64,000 bases of DNA from the human T2T-CHM13v2.0 reference genome, Homo sapiens, in the NCBI RefSeq assembly GCF_009914755.1, contig NC_060937.1; one strand, written 5' to 3'. Both the position numbers and the translations under genes were made by a program. Shown here piece by piece: positions 28,251-47,900 of this stretch. Position 1 is the stretch's first letter. Every line of letters starts with the position of its first letter. The notes beneath the pieces are model-generated. The model searched no databases, was not told the origin of the DNA, and saw only the letters and a program-made list of their open reading frames with translations.

Positions 28251-31200
28251 CACATAAAATATAGACAGAAGCAATCTGAGAAATTCCTTTACGATGTGTG
28301 CATTTATCTCACAGAGTTAAAACTTTCTCTTGATTGAGCCATTTTGAAACTCTCCTTTCGTAGAATCTGGAAGTGGACATTTGGAGCTCTTAAAGGCCTA
28401 TGGTGGAAAAGGAAATATCTTCACATAAAATCCAGACAGAAGCAATCTGAGAAACTTCTTTGTGATGTTGCATTCATCTCACAGAGTTAAATCTTTTTTT
28501 TTGATTGGGGAGATTTGAAACACTCCTTTTGTAGAATCTGCAAGTGGATATTTGGATCACTTTGAGGCCCATCGTGGAAAAGGAAGTATCTTCATATAAA
28601 AACTAGACAGAAGAATTCTGAGAAACATCTTTGTGATGCGTGCGTTCATCTCACAGAGTCAAAAATTTCTTTTGATTGAGCTGTTTGGAAACACACTTTT
28701 TGTAGAATCTGCAAGTGGACCTTTGGAGCGCTTTGAGACCTATGGTAGAAAAGGAAAGATATTCACATAAAATCTAGATAGAGGCAATCTGAGAAAGTTC
28801 TTTGTGATGTGTGCATTCATCCCACACAGTTAAACCTTTCTTTTGATTCAGTAGTTTTGAAACTCTCTTTTTGTAGAATCTGCAAGTGAATATTTGGAGA
28901 GATTTTATACCTATGGTGGAAAAGGAAATATCTTCACATAAAAACTAGATAGAAGAATTCTGAGACACTTCTTTGTGATGTCTGGATTCATCTCATAGAG
29001 CTGAACATTTCTTTTGATTGAGCAGTTTGGAAACATTCTTTTTGTAGAATCTTCAAGTGGACATTTGGAGTGCTTTGCGATCTATGGTAGAAAAGGAAAT
29101 ATCTTCACATAAAATCTAGATAGAAGCAATCTGATAAACTTCTTTGTGATATGTGCGTTCATCTCACAGGGTTGAACATTTCTTTTGATGGACCAGATTT
29201 GAAACTCTCTTTTTGTAGAATCTGCAAGTGGACATTTAGAGTGTTTTGTGGCCTATGGTGGAAAATAATGTATCTTCACATAAAAACTAGACAGAAGAAT
29301 TCTGAGAAACTTCTTTGTGATGCCTGTGTTCTTCTCACAGATTTGAACCTTCTTTTGATTGAGAAGTTTGGAAACACTCTTTTTGTAGAATCTGCAAGTG
29401 GACATTTGGAGTGCGTTGGGGCCTAAGGTATAAAAGGAAATATCTTCACATAAATTGTAGACAGAAGCAATCTGAGAAACTTCTTTGTGATGTGTGCATT
29501 CATCTCACAGAGTTAAAACTTCCTTTTGATTGAGCTGTTTTGAAACTCTTTTTATAGAATCTGCACGTGGACATTTGGGGCATTTTGAGGCCTACGGTGG
29601 AAAAGGAAATATCTTCACATAAAAACTAGACAGAAGAATTCTGAGAAACTACTTTGTGATGCGTGCATTCATCTCACAGAGTTGAACCTTTCTTTTTATT
29701 GAGCAGTTTGGAAAAACTTTTGTTGTAGAATCTTCAGGTGGACATTTGGAGTGCTGTGCGGCCTATGCTAGAAAAAGAATTATCCGTACATAAAATCTAG
29801 ACAGAAGCAATCTGAGAAACTTCTTTGTTATGTGGGCATTCATCTCACAGAGTTAAACCTTTCTTTTGATAGTGTAGATTTGAAACTCACTTTTTGTAGA
29901 ATGTGCAAGTAGACATTTCGATTTCTTTGTGGCCCATGGTACAAAAGGAAATATCATCACATAAAAACTAGACAGAAGAATTCTGAGAAACTTCTTTGTG
30001 ATGTGTGCGTTCATCTCACAGAGTTGAAACTTTCTTTTGATTGAGGAGTACAGAAACACTCTTTTTGTAGGATCTGCAAGTGGATATTTGGAGCGCTTTT
30101 TGGCCTATGGCAGAAAAGGAAATATCTTCAGACAAACTCTAGACAAAAGCAATCTGAGAAACTTCTTTGTGATATGTTCATTCATCTGAAAGAGGTAAAC
30201 CTCTTTTTTTTGATGCAGGAGTTTTGAAACTCTCTGTAGAATCTGCAAGTGGACATTTGGAGCGCTTTGAGGACTATGGTTGGAAAGGAAATATCTTCAA
30301 ATAAAAACTAGGCAGAAGAATTCTGAGAAACGACTTGGTGATGTGTGCATTCATCTGACAGAGTTGAATCTTTCTTTTCATTGAGGAGTTTTGAAACACT
30401 CTTTTTGTAGAATCTGCAAGTGGACATTTAAAGTGCTTTGCGGCCTATGGTAGAAAAGGAAATATCTTCACATAAAATCTGGACAGAAGCAATCTGAGAA
30501 ACTTCTTTGTGATGTGTGCATTCAACTCACAGAGTTAAAGCTTTGTTTTGATAGAACAGTTTTGAAACTCTCTTTTTGTAGAATCTGCAAGTGGACAATT
30601 TGAGCACCTTGAGGCCTCTGGTGGAAAATGAAATATCTTCACATAAAAACTAGACAGAAGAATTCTGGGAAACATCTTTGTGATGTCTGCGTTCATCTTA
30701 CAGAGTTGAACCTTTCTTTTGATTGAGGAGTTTGGAAAGAGTCTTTTTGTAGAATCTGAAAATGGATATTTGGAGCGCTTTACGGTCTGTGGCAGAAAAG
30801 GAAATATCTTCAGACAAAATCTAGACAGAAGCAATCTGAGAAACTTCTTTGTGATGTGTACATTCATCTGAAAGAGGTTAACATGTTTTTTTTGATGCAG
30901 GAGTTTTGAAACTCTCTGTAGAATCTGCAAGTGGACATTTGGAGCGCTTTGAGGCCTATGGTGGGAAAGGAAATATCTTCACATAAAAACTAGACAAAAG
31001 AATTCTGTGAAACTTCTTTGTGATGTGTGCGTTCATCTGACAGAGTTCAATCTTTCTTTTGAATGAGCAGTTTGGAAACATTCTTTTTGTAGAATCTGCA
31101 AGTGGACATTTGGAGTGCCTTGTGGCCTATGATAGAAAAGGAAATATCTTCACATAATATCTAGACAGAAGCAATCTGAGCAACTTCTTTGTGATGTGTG

Positions 31201-32050
31201 CATTCATCTCACTGAGATAAACTTTTATTTTAATTCAGAAGTTTTGAAACTCTTTTTGTAGAATCTGAAAGTGGACATTTGGAGCGCTTTGAGGCCTATG
31301 GTAGAAAAAGAAATATCGTAACATAAAATCTATACAGAAGAAATCAGAGAAACTTCTTTGTGAAGTGTGCATTCATCTCACAGAGTTGAACCTTTCTTCT
31401 GATTGAAGAGCTTTGAAACTCTCTTTTTGTAGAATCTGGAAGTGGACATTTGGAGTGTTTTGAGGCCTATGGTGGAAAAGGAAATATCTTCACATACAAT
31501 CTAGACAGAAGCAAGAAGAGAAATTTCTTTGTGATGTGTGCATTCATCTGACAGAGTTGGACCTTTCTTTTGATGGAGCAGTTTTGAAACTCTCTTTTTG
31601 TAGAATCTGAAAGTGGACATTTGGAGGGTTTTGCAGGCTATGGTAGAAAAGGAAATATCTTCACATAAAATCTAGACCGAAGCAATGGGAGAAACTTCTT
31701 TGTGATGTTTGCATTCATCTCACAGAGGTAAACCTTTCTTTTGGTGGACCAGTTTTGAAAGATTCTTTTGTAGAATCCGCAAGTGGATATTTCGAGTGCC
31801 TTGAGGCCTATTTTGGAAAATAAATTATCTTCACATAAAAACTAGACAGAAGAACTCCGAGAAACTTTTTTGTGATGCGTGCATTCATCTCACAGAGTTG
31901 AACTTTGTTTTGATTGAACAGTTTGGAAACACTCTTTTTGTAGAATCTGCAAGTGGACATTTGGATCGCTTTGGAGTCTATGGTAGAAAAAGAAATATCT
32001 TCACATAAAATCTAGACAGAAGCAATCTGAGAAACTACTTTGTGATGTCT

Positions 32051-32055
<5 letters not shown>
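28251..32055 (+). repeat. Alpha satellite, dimeric layer
   Basis: Alternation of AAAATCTAGACAGAAGCAATCTGAG...GTTAAA...TTTTGAAACTCT with AAAAACTAGACAGAAGAATTCTGAG...GTTGAA...TTTGGAAACACT, and GGACATTT. Confidence 0.92.
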
Positions 32056-37900
<5,845 letters not shown>

Positions 37901-40900
37901 TTGATCAAAAGAATGTTTTACTCTGTGAGATGAAAGCACACATCCCAAAGAAGTTTCTCAGAATAGTTCTGTCTAGTTTTTATGTGAAGATATTTCCTTT
38001 TCCACCATAGATCTAAAAGTGCTCCAAATGTCCACTTGCAGATTCTACAAAAAGAGTGTTTCAAAATTGCTCAATGAAAAGTCAGGTTCAACTTTGTGAG
38101 ATGAATGCACACATCACAAAGAAGTTTCTCAGAATAATTCTGTCTGGTTTTTAGGTGAAGATATTTTCTTTTCCACCATAGCCCTCAAAGCACTCTAAAT
38201 GTCCACTTGCAGATCCTACAAAAAGAGTTTTTCAAAACAGCTCAATCAAAAGAAAGTTTCAAGTCAGTGAGATGAATGCAAACGTCACAAAGAAGTTTTT
38301 CAAAATGCTTCTGTCTAGTTTTTCTGTGAAGATATTTGCTTTTCAACCATAGACCTCAAAGCGCTCCAAATGTCCAATTGCAGATTCTACAAAAAGAGTG
38401 TTTCAAAGCTGCTCAATCAAAAGAAAGGTCCAGCTCTGTGAGATGAATGTACACATCACAAAGTAGTTTGTCAGAATGCTTCTGTCTCGTTTTTATATGA
38501 GGGTATTTCCTTTTCCACCATAGGCCTCAAAGCACTCTAAATGTCCTCTTGCAGATACTACAAAAAGGGTGTTTCAAAACTGCTCAATCAAAACTAAGGT
38601 TCAACTCTGGGAGATGAATGCACATATCACCATGAAGGTTGTCAGAATGCTTCTGTTTTTTATATGAAGATATATGAAGATATTTCATTTTCCACCATGT
38701 GCGTCAAAGCCCTCAAAATGTCCACTTACAGATTCTCCAAAAAGAGTGTTTCAAAATTGCTCAATGAAAAGTAAGGTTCAACTCTGTGAGATGAATGCCC
38801 ACATCACAAAGAAGTTTGTCAGAATGCTTCTGTCTAGTTTTTATGTGAAGATATTTCCTTTTTCGCCATAGTCCCCAAAGTGCTACAAATGACTACTTGC
38901 AGATTCTACAAAAAGAGTGTTTCAAAGTTGCTCAATCAAAAGGAAGTTTCAACTCTGAAAGATGAATGCATGCATAACAAAGAAGTTTGTCAGAAGATTT
39001 CTGTCTAGTTTTTATGTGACGATACATCCTTTTCCACCATAGGCCAGAAAGCGGTCCAATTGTCCACTTGCAGATTCTACAAAAAGAGTGTTTCAAATCT
39101 GCTCAATGAAAAGTAAGGTTCAAATCTTTGAGTTGAACGCACACATTGAAAAGAAGTTTGTCAGAATGCTTCTGTCTGTTCTGTATGTGAAGATGTTCCC
39201 TTTTCCACCATAGGCCTCAAAGTGCTCCAAATGTACACTTGCAGATTCTACAAAAAGAGTGTTTCAAAGCTCCTGAATCAAGGAAAGTTTCAATTCTTTG
39301 TGAGATGAATGCACACATCACAAAGAAGTTTGTCAGAATGCTTCTGTCTAGTTTTTAAGTGAAGATATTTCCTTTTCCACCATAGGCCTCAAAGCACTCC
39401 AATTGTCCACTTGCAGATTTTACAAAAAGAGTGCTTCCAAAGTGCTCAATCAAAAGGGAGGTTCAACCCTGTAAGATGAATGCACACATCACAAAGAAGT
39501 TTCTCAGAATGGTTCTGTCCAATTTTTATGTGAAGATATTTCGTTTTCCACCATAGGCCTCAAAGCACTCCAAATGTCCACTTGCAGATTCTACAAAAAG
39601 AATGTTGCAAAGCTGCTCAATCAAAAGAAAGTTTCAACACTTTGTGAGATGTATGCAGACATCACAAAAAGTTTATCATAATGCTTCTCTCTATTTATTA
39701 TATGAAGATATTTCATTATCCACCATAGGCCTCAAAGCGCTCCAAATGTCCACTTTTAGATTCTACAAAAAGAGTGTTTCAAAACTGGACAATCAAAAGT
39801 AAGGTTCAACTCTGTGAGATGATTGCACACATCACAAAGAAATTTCTCAGAATGCTTCTGTTTAGTTCTTATGTGAAGATATTTCCTTTTCCTCCATAAG
39901 CCTCAAAGCACTCCAAATGTCCACTTTCAAATAGCAGAAAAAGGATGTTTCAAAACTGCTCAATCAAAAGAAAGGTTCAACTCTGTGAGATGAATGCACA
40001 TATCACAAATAAGGTTGTCAGAATACGTCTGTTTAGTTTTTATGTGAAGATATTTCCTTTTCCACCATTGGCCTCAAAGTGCTCCAAATGTTCACTTGCA
40101 GATTCTACATATAGGGTGTTCCAAAGCTGCTCAATCAAAAGAAAGTTTCAACTCTATGAGACGAATGCACATATCACAAAGACGTTTGTCAGAATGCTTC
40201 TGTGTAGTTTTCATGTGAACATATTTTCTTTTCTACCATAGGCCTCAAAGTGCTCCAAATGTCCACATGCAGATTCTATAAAATACTTTTTCAAAACTGC
40301 TCAATCAAAAGAAAGGTTCAAGTCAGTGAGATGAATGCAAACGTCACAAAGAAGTTTTTCAAAATGCTTCTGTCTAGTTTTATCTGAAGATATTCCTTTT
40401 CCACTGTAGGCCTCAAAGCGCTCGAAATGTCCAGTTGCAGATTCTACAAAAAGAGTGTTTCAAAGCTGCTCAATGAAAACAAAGGTCCAGCTCTGCGAGA
40501 TAAATGCACACATCACAAAGAAGTTTGTCAGAATGCTTCTGTCTGGTTTATATGTGAAGATATTTCCTTTTCCACCATATGCCTCAAAGCACTCCAAATG
40601 TCCACTTGCAGACATTACATAAAGGGTGTTTCAAAACTGCTCAATCAAAAGTAAGGTTCAACTCTGTGAGATGAATGCACATGTCACAAAGAAGGTTGTC
40701 ACAATGCTTCTGTCTAGTTTTTATGAGAAGACATTTCCTTTTCCACCATCGGCCTCAAAGTGCTCCAAATGTCCAAATGCAGATTCAACAAAAAGAGTGT
40801 TTCAGAACTGCTGAATGAAAGGTAAGGTTCAACTCTGTGAGATAAATGCATACATCACAAAGAAGTTTGTCAGAATGCTTCTATCTAGGTTTTATGTGAA

Positions 40901-43900
40901 GATATTTACTTTTCCACCATAGGCCTCAAAGCGCTCCAAATGTGCACTTGCAGATAGTACAAAAAGAGTATTTCAAAATTCTGAATGAAAATTAAGTTTC
41001 AACTCTGAGAGATTAATGCACACATCACAAAGATGTATGTCAGAATGCGTCTATCTGGTTTTTACGTGAAGATATTTCGTTATCCAACATAGGCCTCAAA
41101 GCACTCCAAATGTCCACTTGCAGATTTTACAAAAACAGTGCTTCAAAGCTGCTTAATCAAAATAAAGTTCAAATCTGTGAGATGAATGCACCCATCACAG
41201 AGAAATTTGTCAGAATGCTTCTGTATAGTTCTTATGTGAAGATATTTCTTTTCCACCAAAGCTCTCAAAGTACTCCAAATGTCCACTTGTGGATATTACC
41301 AAAAGGGTGCTTCAAAACTGCTCAATCAAAAGTAAGGTTCAACTCTGTGACATGAATGCACACATCACAAAGAAGTTTGTCAGAATGCTTTTGTCTAATT
41401 TTTATGTGGAGATATTTCCTTTTCCAACATAGGCCTCAAGTGCTTCAAATGTCCACTTGCAGATTCTACAAAAAATTGTTTTGAAACTGCTCAATTGAAG
41501 GTAAGGTTCAACTCGGTGATGTGAATGCACACATTACAAAGAAGTTTGTCAGAATGCTTCTGTCTAGTTTTTATGTGAAGATATCTCCTTTTCAACCATA
41601 GGTCTCAAGCACTCCAAATGTCCACTTGCAGATTCTACAAAAAGAGTGCTTCAAAACTGCTCAATGAAAAGTAAGGTTCAATTCTGTGAGATGAATGCAT
41701 GCATCACAAAAGAGTTTGTCAGAATACTTCTGTCTGGTTTTTATGTGATGATATTTCCTTTTCCACCAAAGGCCTCAAAGTGCTCCAAATATCCAATTGC
41801 AGATTATACAAAAAGAGTGTTTCAGAGCTGCTCAATCAAAAGAAAGGTTCCACTCTGTGAGACGACTGCACACATCACAAATAAGTGTGTCATAATGCTT
41901 CTGTCTAGTTATTATATGAAGATATTTCATTAACCACACCATAGGCCTCAAAGTGCAGCAAATGTCCACTTGCAGATTCTACAAAAAAGAGTGTTTCAAA
42001 ACTGCTCAATCAAAAGTAAGGTTCAACTCTGTGAGATGAATGCACACATCACAAAGGAATTTCTCAGAATCTTTCTGCCTAGTTCTTATGTGAAGATATT
42101 TCCTTTTCCACCATAGGCCTCAAAACACTCCAAATGTCCACTTGCAGATTCTACAAAAAGAGGATTTCCAAACTGCTCAATCAAAAGAAAGGTTCGACTC
42201 TGTGAGCTGAAGACACACATCACAAAGAAGTTTGTCAGAAAGCTTCTTTCTGTTTTTTATGTGAAAATATTTCCTTTTCCACCAAAGGCCTCAAAGCACT
42301 CCAAAGTCCAATTGCAGATGCTACAAAAAGAGTGTTTGAGAGCTGCTCAATCAAAAGAAAGGTTCCACTCTGTGAGACGAATGCACACATCATAAAGAAG
42401 TTTGTCATAATGCTTCTGTCTAGTTATTATATGAAGATATTTCATTAACCACCATAGGCCTCAAAGTGCAGCAAATATCCGCTTGCAGATTCTACAAAAA
42501 AGAGTGTTTCAAAACTGCTTAATTGAAAGTAAGGTTCAACTCTGTGAGATGAATGCACACATCACAAAGGAATTTCTCAGAATCCTTCTGCCTAGTTCTT
42601 ATGTGAAGATATTTCCTTTTCCACCATAGGCCTCAAAGCACTCCAAATGTCCACTTGTAGATACTACAAAAAGGGTGTTTCAAAACTGCTCAATCAAAAG
42701 TAAGGTTGAATTCTGTGAGATGAATTCACACATCACAAAGGAGTTTGTCAGAAAGCTTCTTTCTGGTTTTTATGTGCAGATATTTCCTTTTCCTCCAAAG
42801 ACCTCAAAGCACTCCAAATGTCCAATTGCAGATGTTACAATAAGAGTGTTTCAGAGCTGCTCAATCAAAAGAAAGGTTCCACTCGGTAAGATGAAAACAC
42901 ACATCACAAAGAAGTTTTTCATAATGCTTCCATCTAGTTATTATATGAAGATATTTTGTTAACCACCATAGGCCTCAAAGTGCAGCAAATGTCCACTTGC
43001 AGATTCTACAAAGAGAGTGTTTCAAAACTGCTCAATTGAAAGTAAGGTTCAACTCTGTGGGATGAATGCACACATAGCAAAGAAATTTCTCAGAATACTT
43101 CTGTCTAGTTCTTATGTGAAGATATTTCCTTTTCCACCATATGCCTCTAAGTACACCAAATGTCCACTGGTAGATATTTCAAAAAGGGTGTTTCAAAACT
43201 GCTAAATCAAAAGTAAGATTCAACTCAGTGAGATGAATTCACATATCACAAAGAAGGTTGTCAGAATGCTTCTGTCTAGTTTTTATGTGAAGATAATTCT
43301 TTTTCCACCATAGGCCTCAAAGCGCTCAAAATGTCCACTTGCAGATTCTACAAAGAGTATTTCAAAACTGCTCAATGAAAAATAAGGTTCAACTCTGTGA
43401 GATGAGTGCACACATCACAAAGAAGTTTGTCAGAATGCTTCTGTCTAGTTTGTATGTGAAGATTTTTCCTTTTCCACCATAGGCCTCAAAGCTCTCCAAA
43501 TGTCCACTTGCAGATTCTACAAAAAGAGTGTTTCAAAGTTGTTCAATCAAAAGAAAAGTTCAACTCTGTGAGATGAATGCACACATCACAAAGAAGTTTC
43601 TCAGAATGCATCTGTCTACTTTTAACCTGAAGATATTTACTTTTCCACCATAGGCCTCAAAGCGCTCCAAATGTCCACTTGCAGACACTACAAAAAGAGT
43701 GTTTCAAAACTGCTCAATGAAAAGTAAGGTTCAACTCTGTGAGATGAATGCACACAACACAAAGAAGTTTGTCAGAATGGTCTGTCTAGTTTTTATGTGA
43801 AGATATTTCCTTTTCCACCATAGGCCTCATAGTGCTCCAAATGTCCACTTGTAGATTCTACAAAAAGAGTGTTTCAAAGCTTCTCAATGAAAAGCAAGGT

Positions 43901-44988
43901 TTAACCCTGTGAGACGAATGCACACATCACAAAGAAGTTTCTCAGCAGGCTTCTGTCTAGTTTTTATGTGAAGACATTTCCTTTTCCTCAATAGGACTCA
44001 AAGTCCTCCAATTGCTCACTTGCAGATTCTACAAAAAGAGTGTTTCAAAATTGCTCAATGAAAAGTAAGGTTCAACTCTGTGAGATGAATGCACACATCA
44101 CAAAGAAGTTTGTCAGAATGCTTCTGTCTGGTTTTTATGTGAAGATATTTCCTTTTCCACCATAGGCCTCAAAGCACTCCAAATGTCCACTTGCTGATTC
44201 TACAAAAAGAGTGTTTCAAAGATGATCAATCAAAAGAAAGGTTCGAATCAGTGTGAGATGAATGCACACATCACAAAGAAGTTTCTCAAAATGCTTCTGT
44301 CTAGTTATTATATGAATATATTTGGTTATCCACTATAGGCCTCAAAGCGCTCCAAATGTCCACTTGCATATACTACAAAAAGAGTGTTTCAAAGCTGTTC
44401 AATCAAAACAAAGGTTCACCTCGGTGAGATGAATGCACATATCACAAAGAAGTTTGTCAGAACGCTCCTGTCTAGTTTTTATGTGAATATATTTCCTTTT
44501 TCATCATACGCCTGAAATTGTTCCAAATATCCACTTGCAGGTGCTACAAAAAGAGTGTTTCCAAACTGTTCAATAAAAAGAAAGGCTCAACTCTGTGAGA
44601 TGAACACACTCAACACAGGAGTTTCTCAGAATTCTTTTTTCTCGTTTTTATGTGAAGATATTTCCTTCTCCACCATAGGTCTCAAAATGCTCCAAATGTC
44701 CACTTGCAGATTGTACAACAAGAGTGTTTCAAAACTGTTCAATCAAAAGAAATGTTCAACTCTGTGAGATGAATGCACACATCACAAGGCAGTTTGTCAG
44801 AATGCTTCTGTCTAATTTTTATGTGAAGATATTTCCTTTTCCACCGTAGTCCTCAAAGCACTCCAATTGTACACTTGTAGAATCTACAAAAAGAGTGTTT
44901 TAAAACTGCTCCATCAACAGAAATGTTCAACTCCGTGAGATGAAGGCACACATCACAAAGAAGTTTGTCAGAATGTTTCTTTCCAGTT
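37901..44988 (-). repeat. Alpha satellite, monomeric layer of the GAAGTTTGTCAGAATGC / AAAAGTAAGG type
   Basis: Frequent TTTGTCAGAA, AAGTAAGGTTC and CAAAGCTGCTC variants; the dimer signature is absent. Confidence 0.92.
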
Positions 44989-47900
44989 CTGAAACACAAT
45001 TTTTGTGCTATCTGCAAGTGGACTTTTGTAGTGCATTGAGGCCTATGGTGGATAAGGAAATATCTTCACATAAAAACTAGACAGAAGCATTCTGACAAAT
45101 TTCTTTGAGATGTGTGCACTCATCTCACAGAGTTGAACATTTCTTTCAATTGAGTAATTTGGTAACTCTCTGTAGAATCTGCAACTGGATATTTGGAGCG
45201 CTATGAGGCCTATGGTCAAAAAGGAAGTATCTTCACTTAAGAACTAGACAGAAACATTCTGACAAACTTCTTTGTGATGTGTGCATTCATCTCACAGAGT
45301 TGAACCATTCTTTTGATTGAGCAGTTTTGAAACACTCTTTTTGTAGAATCTGCAAATGGACATTTGGAGGGCTTTGTGACCTATGGTGGAAAAGGAAATA
45401 TATTCACATAAAAACTATTCTGAAACATTCTGACAAACTCCTTTGTGATGCGTGCATTCATCTTATGGAGTTGAAACTTCCTTTGCATTGAGCAGTTTTG
45501 AAAAACTCTTTTTGTAGAATTTGCAAGTGTACACTTGGAGCGCTTTGAGGCCTATTGTCGAAAAGGTAAAAACGTCACATAAAACCTAGACAGGATCATT
45601 CTTAGAAAATTCTTACTGATGTGATAATTTATCTCACAGAGTTTAATCTTTCTTTCGATTGAGCAGTTGTGAAACACTCTTTGTAGAATTTCCACGTGGA
45701 CATTTGGCCACTTAGAGGCCTATGTTGGAAAAGGAAATATCTTCACATTAAAACTAGACAGAAGCTTTCTGAGGTACTTCTTTGTGATGTGTGCATTCAT
45801 CTCAGAGAGTTGAACCTTTCCTATGAATGAGCAGTTTGGAAAAACTCTTTTTGTAGAATCTGCAATAGGACATTTGGAGCGCTTTGCAGCCTATGTTGGA
45901 AAAGGAATCATCTCACATAAAAACTAGACAGAAGCAACCTGACAAACTTCTTTGTGATGTCTGCATTCATCTCAAATGGTTGAACCTTACATTCGATTGA
46001 GCAGTTTTGAAACACTCATTTTGTAGAATCTGCAATTGGTCATTTGGAGCGCTTTGAGGCCTATGATGCAAAACGAAATATCTTCACATATTAACTAGAC
46101 AGAAGCATTCTGAGAAACTTCTTTGTGATGTGTGCATTCCTCTCACAGAGCTGAATATTTCTTTTGATTGAGCAGCTTTGAAACACTCTTTTTGTAGAAT
46201 CTGCAAGTGGACATTTGCTGCGCTTTGCAAACTATGGTGGAAAAGGGAATATCTTCACATAAAAACTAGACTGAATCATTCTGAGAAAATACTTTGTGAT
46301 GTGTGCATTCATCTCATAGAGTTGAACATTGCTTGTGATTGAGCAGTTTTGAAACACACTTTTTGTACTATCTGGAAGTAGATATTTGGAGTGCTTTGAG
46401 GCCTATGGTGGAGAAGGAAATATCTTCGCATAAAAACCAGACAGAAACATTCTGACAAATTCCTTTGAGATGTGTGCATTTATCTCACAGAGTTGAAACT
46501 TTCCTTTGATTGAGTAGTTTGGAAACCCTCTTTTTGTAGAATTGGCAAGTGGACATTTGAGTGCTTTGAGGCCTATGGTGGAAAAAGAAAGATCTTCAAT
46601 TAAAAATTAGACAGAAGCATTCTGAGAGATTTCTTTGGGATGTGTGCATTCATGTCACAGAGTTGAAATTTTCTTTTGATTGAACAGTTTTGAAACACTC
46701 TTTTTGTAAAATCTGCAACTGGACATTTGGAGCACTTTGAGGACTATGATGGAAAAGGAAATATCTTCACATAAAAACTAAACATAAGCATAATGAGAAA
46801 CTTCTTTGTGATGTGTGCATTCATCTCACAGAGTTGAACTTTTCTTTTGTTTGAGCAGCTTAAAAACACTCTTTTTGTAGAATCTGCAAGTGAACTTTTG
46901 GAGTGCTTTGAGGCCTATGGTGGAAAAGGAAATATCTTCACATAAAAACTATGGAGAAAGATTCTGACAAACTTCGTCATAATGGGTGCATTCATCTTAT
47001 GGAGTTGAAAATTAGTTTTGAATGACCAATTTGAAACACTCTTTTTGTAGAATCTGCACACAGACATTTGGAGCACTTTGAGGCCTATGGTGGAAAATGA
47101 AATATCTTCACATAAAAACTAGAAAGAAGCATTCTGAAAAAATTTTGTGATGTGTGCATTCATCTCACAGAGTTGGGCCTTTCTTTTGATTGAGCAGTTT
47201 TGAAACACTGTTTCTGTAGAATCTGCAAGCGGACATGTGGAGCGCTTTGAGGCCAATGGTGGAAAAGGAATATCTTCACATAAAAACTACTCAGAAGCAT
47301 TCTGTCAAACTTATTTGTGATGTGTGCATTCATATCACAGTGTTGAACCTTACTTTTCATTGAGCAGTTTTGAAACACTCTTTTTGTAGAATCTGCAAGT
47401 AGACATTTGGAGCACCTTGATTCCTATGGTGGATAACGAAATATCTTCCTTTAATAACTAGACAGAAGCATGGTGAGAAATTTCTTTGTGATGTGTGCAT
47501 TCATCCCACAGAGTTGAACCTTTCTTTAGATTGAGCAGCTTTGAAACACTCTTTTTGTAGGATCTGCAAGTGGTCATTTGGAACACTTTGAGGCCTATGG
47601 TGGAAAAGGAAATATCTTCAGATAAAAACTAGACAGAAGCATTCTACCAAACTTCTTTGTGATGTGTGCATTCATCTCACAGAATTGAATCTTACTTTTG
47701 ATTGAGGAGTTTTGAAAGACGCTTTTTGTACTATTTGCAAGTGGACATTTGGAGTGATTTGAAGCCTATGGTGGAAAAGGAAATATCTTCACATGAGAAC
47801 TAGACAGAAGCATCTTGACAAATTTCTTCATCATGTGTGCATTCATCTCACAAAGTTGAATCTTACTTCTCATTGAGCAGTTTTAAAACACTGTTATTGT

